Shown: piece by piece, positions 59,891-64,000 of the stretch
How positions within the stretch are numbered: the stretch's first letter is position 1
Layout: the number at the start of each line of letters is the position of its first letter
Origin: an uncultured Phycisphaerae bacterium
Lineage (GTDB): Bacteria > Planctomycetota > Phycisphaerae > SM23-33
Direction: 5' to 3'
Assembly: GCA_963760365.1 (NCBI GenBank)
Contig: CAVXDC010000012.1
Coordinates: forward strand, 2,475-66,474
Length of the DNA stretch: 64,000 nt
Program-made: the position numbers and the translations under genes
The notes under the pieces: generated by a model
What the model was told of the DNA's origin: nothing
The model's database searches: none
What the model saw: only the letters and a program-made list of their open reading frames with translations

Positions 59891-60109
59891 ATGCCTGACG
59901 ATGCCGACCGTGCGTTGTGGGAAACCTACGAGCGCCGTGCGCCGGGCTGGCAGGTCCGGTGTCTGAAATGCGGTTTCACGGAGCATTGGGGCAAATACGG
60001 CATCCGCATAGGGGGTGCCGGTCGAAAATGGACGCTCGGATGGTGTTCCCGGTGCCGATGGATTCGGTGCCACGTGATTGAGAAGGCCAAGACCGGGAAG
60101 ATCGGCTAA
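59891..60109 (+). CDS. Small zinc-ribbon protein (hypothetical)
   Basis: CLKCG...CSRCRW form paired CxxC motifs. 72 aa. Confidence 0.35.
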   Translation: MPDDADRALWETYERRAPGWQVRCLKCGFTEHWGKYGIRIGGAGRKWTLGWCSRCRWIRCHVIEKAKTGKIG

Positions 60110-60166
60110 CTCGAACCTCTCCTGGTTCCCCATCACGCCAAAGTCGCCGACGGAGCCCGACAATCC

Positions 60167-63100
60167 CTATTCGGTCTGAGCGGGCGAGGCCCGCCGGTTG
60201 GCTTGGAGCCGCCACTCCTTGAGGGCGCAGTAGAGCACCGGCACGATGAGCATGGTCATGATCTGAATGGTCATCCCGCCGAACGAGGGGATGGCCATCG
60301 GGATCATGATGTCGCTGCCGCGTCCGGTGGAGGTGAGCACCGGCAGCAGGGCCAGGATCGTCGTGGCCGTGGTCATCAGGCAAGGCCGAATCCGCCGCGT
60401 GCCCCCGGCCAGGACCGCTTGGCGGATCTCGACCAGGGTGTCGGGCTTGCGGGCGGCGAAGGACTGGTTCAGGTACGTGGCCATGATGACGCCGTCGTCG
60501 CTGGCGATGCCGAACAGCGCCAAAAACCCCACCCACACCGCCACCGACAGATTAATCGGATGGATGCGGAACAGCTCCCGCATGTTGACGCCGAAGACCG
60601 AAAAGTCCAAAAACCATCCCCGCCCGTACAGCCAGATCAGCAGGAACCCGCCCGCCCAGGCCACGAAGATGCCGCTGAACACCAGCAGCGTCGTGGGAAT
60701 CGAATCGAACTGGAAGTACAGGATCAGGAAGATCACGAACATCGCCAGCGGCAGGATCAGGGCCAGCGTCTTGCGGCTGCGGATCTGGTTCTCGTAGCTG
60801 CCAGCGAAGGTGTAGCTGACGCCCTCGGGAATGATAAGCTCCCCGCTTTTGATCTTGGCGTCCAGGTATCGGCGGCACTGTTCCACCACGTCCACCTCGG
60901 CCTGGCCGGGCTTCATGTCGAACAGGACGTAGCCGGTCAGGAACGTGTTTTCGTTCTTGATCTCCTGCGGGCCTGGCGCGTAGCGGATCTCGGCGATCTG
61001 CTCCAGGGGAATCTGCTGGCTTTCCATCCCCGGGACGAGCACCCTGCCCAGCGCCTCGGCGGTGTCGCGCAGCTCCCGCGGATAGCGGATGCGGACAGGG
61101 AAGCGCTGACGCCCTTCCACCGTGGTCGTGACGGGCATGCCGCCGATGGCGATCTCCACGACGTCCTGAAACTCCCGCATCTTCACGCCGTAGCGGTCCA
61201 TGGCCAGGCGGTCGGGGACGATCTCCAGGTAGGGCTTGGCGACGATCCGGTCGGCGATCACCGTGGGGGAGTCCACGACAGGCACTTCCTTCAGCAGCTT
61301 TTCGATCTCCAGGCCGAAGCGTTCGATGGCTGCCAGCGTGGGGCCGTAGATTTTCACGCCCATGGCGGCCCGCATTCCGCTTTGGAGCATGACGATCCTC
61401 GCGGCGATGGGTTGGAGCTTGGGCGCGGAGGTCGTGCCGGGGATCTGTCCGGCCTTGACGAGTTCCGCCCAGATGTCGTCGGGCGAGCGGATGCCCGCCC
61501 AGGCCGTCCGGCCTTCGTTCAGGTCTGTCTCCAACGTCGGCCGCCACTGCCGGAACGGCCGGCCGGCGGCATCGGAGATCAATCGTCCGGCCTTGTCGCG
61601 CGCGAATTGCCCGCGGACGTAGTAGTTTTCACCGTCCGCGGCCACCATCAGCAGACCGTCGGCGTCCTTGGCCAGTTCGATGCCCCCTGAATCGTAGCGG
61701 AAGTTCACCCGCCGACCGGCCTTGTCGGTCACGTACTCGGTGCGGTAGTTGACGATCGTCTCGAACATGGAGATCGGCGCCGGGTCCAGTGCCGACTCCA
61801 TCCGCCCCAGCTTGCCCAGGACCGACTCGACCTCCGGAATGCCCCCAAAGGCCTGGTCCTGACGCGACACGATGTCCAGCGCCTCGCCGATCGACGCGTG
61901 GGCCATGGTCGTGGGCATCCACAGGAACGAGCCCTCATCCAGCGGGGGCATGAACTCCCTGCCCAATCCCGGCAGCGCGCGGCTGCCGCCGACCCACAGC
62001 GTCGTGGAACGGATGACCTGCGGGTCGATGCCGAGCTTTTCGACCCCGCCGGCAGCCAGCCCATGATCGTCGGGAACCCCAGCCAGATGAACGCTCCCAG
62101 CACCGTGACGGCCGAGGGGATCAGCAGGAAGAGCACCTTGTGGGCCAGGCACCAGCCCAGGATCTGCGGGTAATAGTGCTGGAACAGGCGGAACAGGGCC
62201 ATCAGCCCGCCCACCAACATCGCCACGAACAGGAAGTTCCTTATCGCCCCGCGCTGCGGCCCCAGGGGGTCCCAGCTCTTGGTGAGCAGCAAACCCACCA
62301 GCAGCACGACCGCCGCGTTGGCCAGCAAGGGAGCGGCCTGCCGCAACCGTTGCGACAGCCGGTGACGTCCCCATCCGTAGGCCACGAACCCCGCCCCGGC
62401 CAAGGCGGCAAGGACGGTCAGCGCCGAACCGCGCCAGGCCGAAGACGGCCAGGGCGGCCAACCCCGCCGTCAGCAGGCCGTACACGTAGCCCCGAACCTT
62501 TTTGGAAGAGATCCGCCCGCAGAACAGGACGTGGGCCAGCGGCGGGATCACCGTCAGGGCGATGACGATCGAGGCGATCAGGGCGAAGGTCTTGGTGAAG
62601 GCCAAAGGCTTGAACAGCTTGCCCTCGGGCCCCGTCATCGCGAACACCGGCAGGAAGCCCACGACGGTGGTGGACACGGCCGTCAGGACGGCGCTGCCGA
62701 CTTCGCTGGCGGCGTGGTGCACGACCTCCAGGCGCGGGGCATCAGGAGGTGCCTCCTCCAGGCGGTGGAGGATGTTCTCGCACAGGACGATCCCCATGTC
62801 CACGATCGTGCCGATGGCGATGGCGATGCCCGACAAGGCCACGATGTTGGCGTCCACGTGGAAGGTCTTCATCGCGATGAAGCACAGCAGCACGGCCAGG
62901 GGCATCATCCCGCCGATCAGCACGCTGCTGCGGAGGTTGGTGATCATGAGGATCACCACGATGGCGGTGATGAGGATTTCCTGGCCGATGGCGTCGTTGA
63001 GCGTGCCGAGGGTCTCGTAGATCAGCCCCGTGCGGTCGTAGGCCGGCACGACCGTCACGTGGCTGGTGGTGATCCAGGCCGGCCAGCTTGCCCGCGGGCG

Positions 63101-64000
63101 GGTGCGCAGAAAGTGCAACCAACCTTCGTGGTTGAGCTCTCCGGAGTCGGCGTAGGCGGCAAAGTGGTTCTCCTCGGCCAGGCGGCGGACCTCTTCCTCG
63201 TTGACCTTGGCGGGGTCGATGACGACCTTGGTCGGCAGGGAGGGGGCGATCTCGGCGATCTTGACCTTGACGTTCTTGATGACGGCCAGCGGATTCGAAC
63301 CAAACCGCGCCACGACCACGCCGCCGACGGCCTGAGCCCCGTCCTTGTCCAGCGCCCCGCGGCGCGAGGCCGGACCCAGCGCCACGTGGGCCACCTGGGC
63401 GACGCGGATGGGGACGTTGTTATTGACCTTGACGACGCTGTTTTCGATGTCGGCCGTCGAACTTGATGAAGCCCACGCCGCGGATGAAGTACTCCACGCG
63501 GTTGATCTCCAGGGTGTCTGCGCCGACGTCGATGTTGGCGCCCTTGACGGCCCCGAACACCTCCATGAGCGTCACGTCGTAGGCCCGCATGGCGTCCGGG
63601 TCGACATCCACCTGGTACTCCCGCACGAACCCCCCGCCCGAGGCCGCCTCGCTGACCCCCTCAGCCGACAGCAGTGCGTACCGCACCTGCCAGTCTTGGA
63701 TGGTCCGCAGCTCCTCCAAATCCCAGCCGCCGGCCGGTCGGCCGTCGGCGTCTCGACCTTCCAGCGTGTACCAGAAGATCTGCCCCAGGGCGGTGGCATC
63801 TGGCCCCAGCGCCGGCCGGACGCTGGGGGGCAGGGAGTCGGCGGGCAGGCTGTTGAGCTTCTCCAGAAGGCGGCTGCGGGACCAGTAGAAGTCCACCCCG
63901 TCCTGGAAGATCACGGAGATCGTCGAAAAGCCGAACATCGAGGTGCCGCGGACGGTCTTGACGCCCGGCACGCCCATCAGCGCCGCCGTCAGCGGCTGGG
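60167..64000 (-). CDS. RND efflux transporter, CusA/CzcA-like heavy-metal efflux family; the 5' end lies beyond the window; at least three frameshifts
   Basis: CusA-like segments (GVPGVKTVRGTSMFGFSTISVIFQDGVDFYWSRS; GEAVGG-like AQAVGGVVVARFGSN; TM regions; REFMPPLDEGSFLWMPTTMAHASIGEAL). Frame changes occur near 63450 (a 1-bp insertion, tt) and near 62400 and 62050, with an out-of-frame low-complexity stretch between them. Confidence 0.8.

Overview
This is a high-GC (~65-70%) bacterial chromosomal window, compact and mostly coding. The right-handed beta-helix pectate lyase with dockerin-like repeats and a PEP-CTERM anchor, the Kdo/LPS genes and the GTAGGG-hairpin repeats suggest a Planctomycetota/PVC-like Gram-negative host, but that is only an inference.

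Left third (1-23 kb) is housekeeping: ptsI 3' end, a radical-SAM-linked TIGR03936-like gene, RNase E/G, accD, rpe, pgk, gap, ileS, ispE, tRNA-Leu(CAA), GTP-PEPCK, the secreted pectate lyase, a DUF1854 gene with an ABC exporter, tsaB and an ACT-domain gene.

Middle (23-38 kb) is a cell-envelope glycan cluster: kdsB, a GT2, a WecA-like GT4, a DUF362 gene, a UbiA-family gene resembling decaprenyl-phosphate phosphoribosyltransferase, a GT-C membrane glycosyltransferase, a secreted TPR protein, and a pglF/capD-type dehydratase followed by two DegT aminotransferases. It is followed by a MEMO1-like gene, pgsA and ribBA.

A ~2 kb low-GC islet (38.9-40.9 kb) carries an HNH nuclease-like gene and a secreted protein, flanked by a repeated GTAGGG-hairpin element. 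A LarA-like gene follows it.

The most notable region is a ~15 kb segment (43.1-58.2 kb) bounded by a 45-bp direct repeat equal to the 5' half of tRNA-Ser(TGA), with an N-terminally truncated tyrosine integrase next to the intact tRNA. It carries a complete-looking T2SS/T4P-like operon (STAS antagonist, GspE, GspF, PilM, PilN, PilO, and pseudopilins G to K). No secretin or prepilin peptidase is present in the window. It also contains two further partial tRNA-like fragments, a methyltransferase, an APH-like gene remnant, an RHH protein and a hypothetical gene.

The right end has pgi, a small zinc-ribbon ORF and a CusA/CzcA-like RND pump that runs off the window.

At least nine genes (rne, ispE twice, the ABC exporter, ribBA, larA-like, gspF, two pseudopilins and the RND pump several times) are interrupted by single-base indels, several in short homopolymers. 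These are most simply explained as sequencing or assembly errors rather than real pseudogenes. No CRISPR array and no rRNA were seen.
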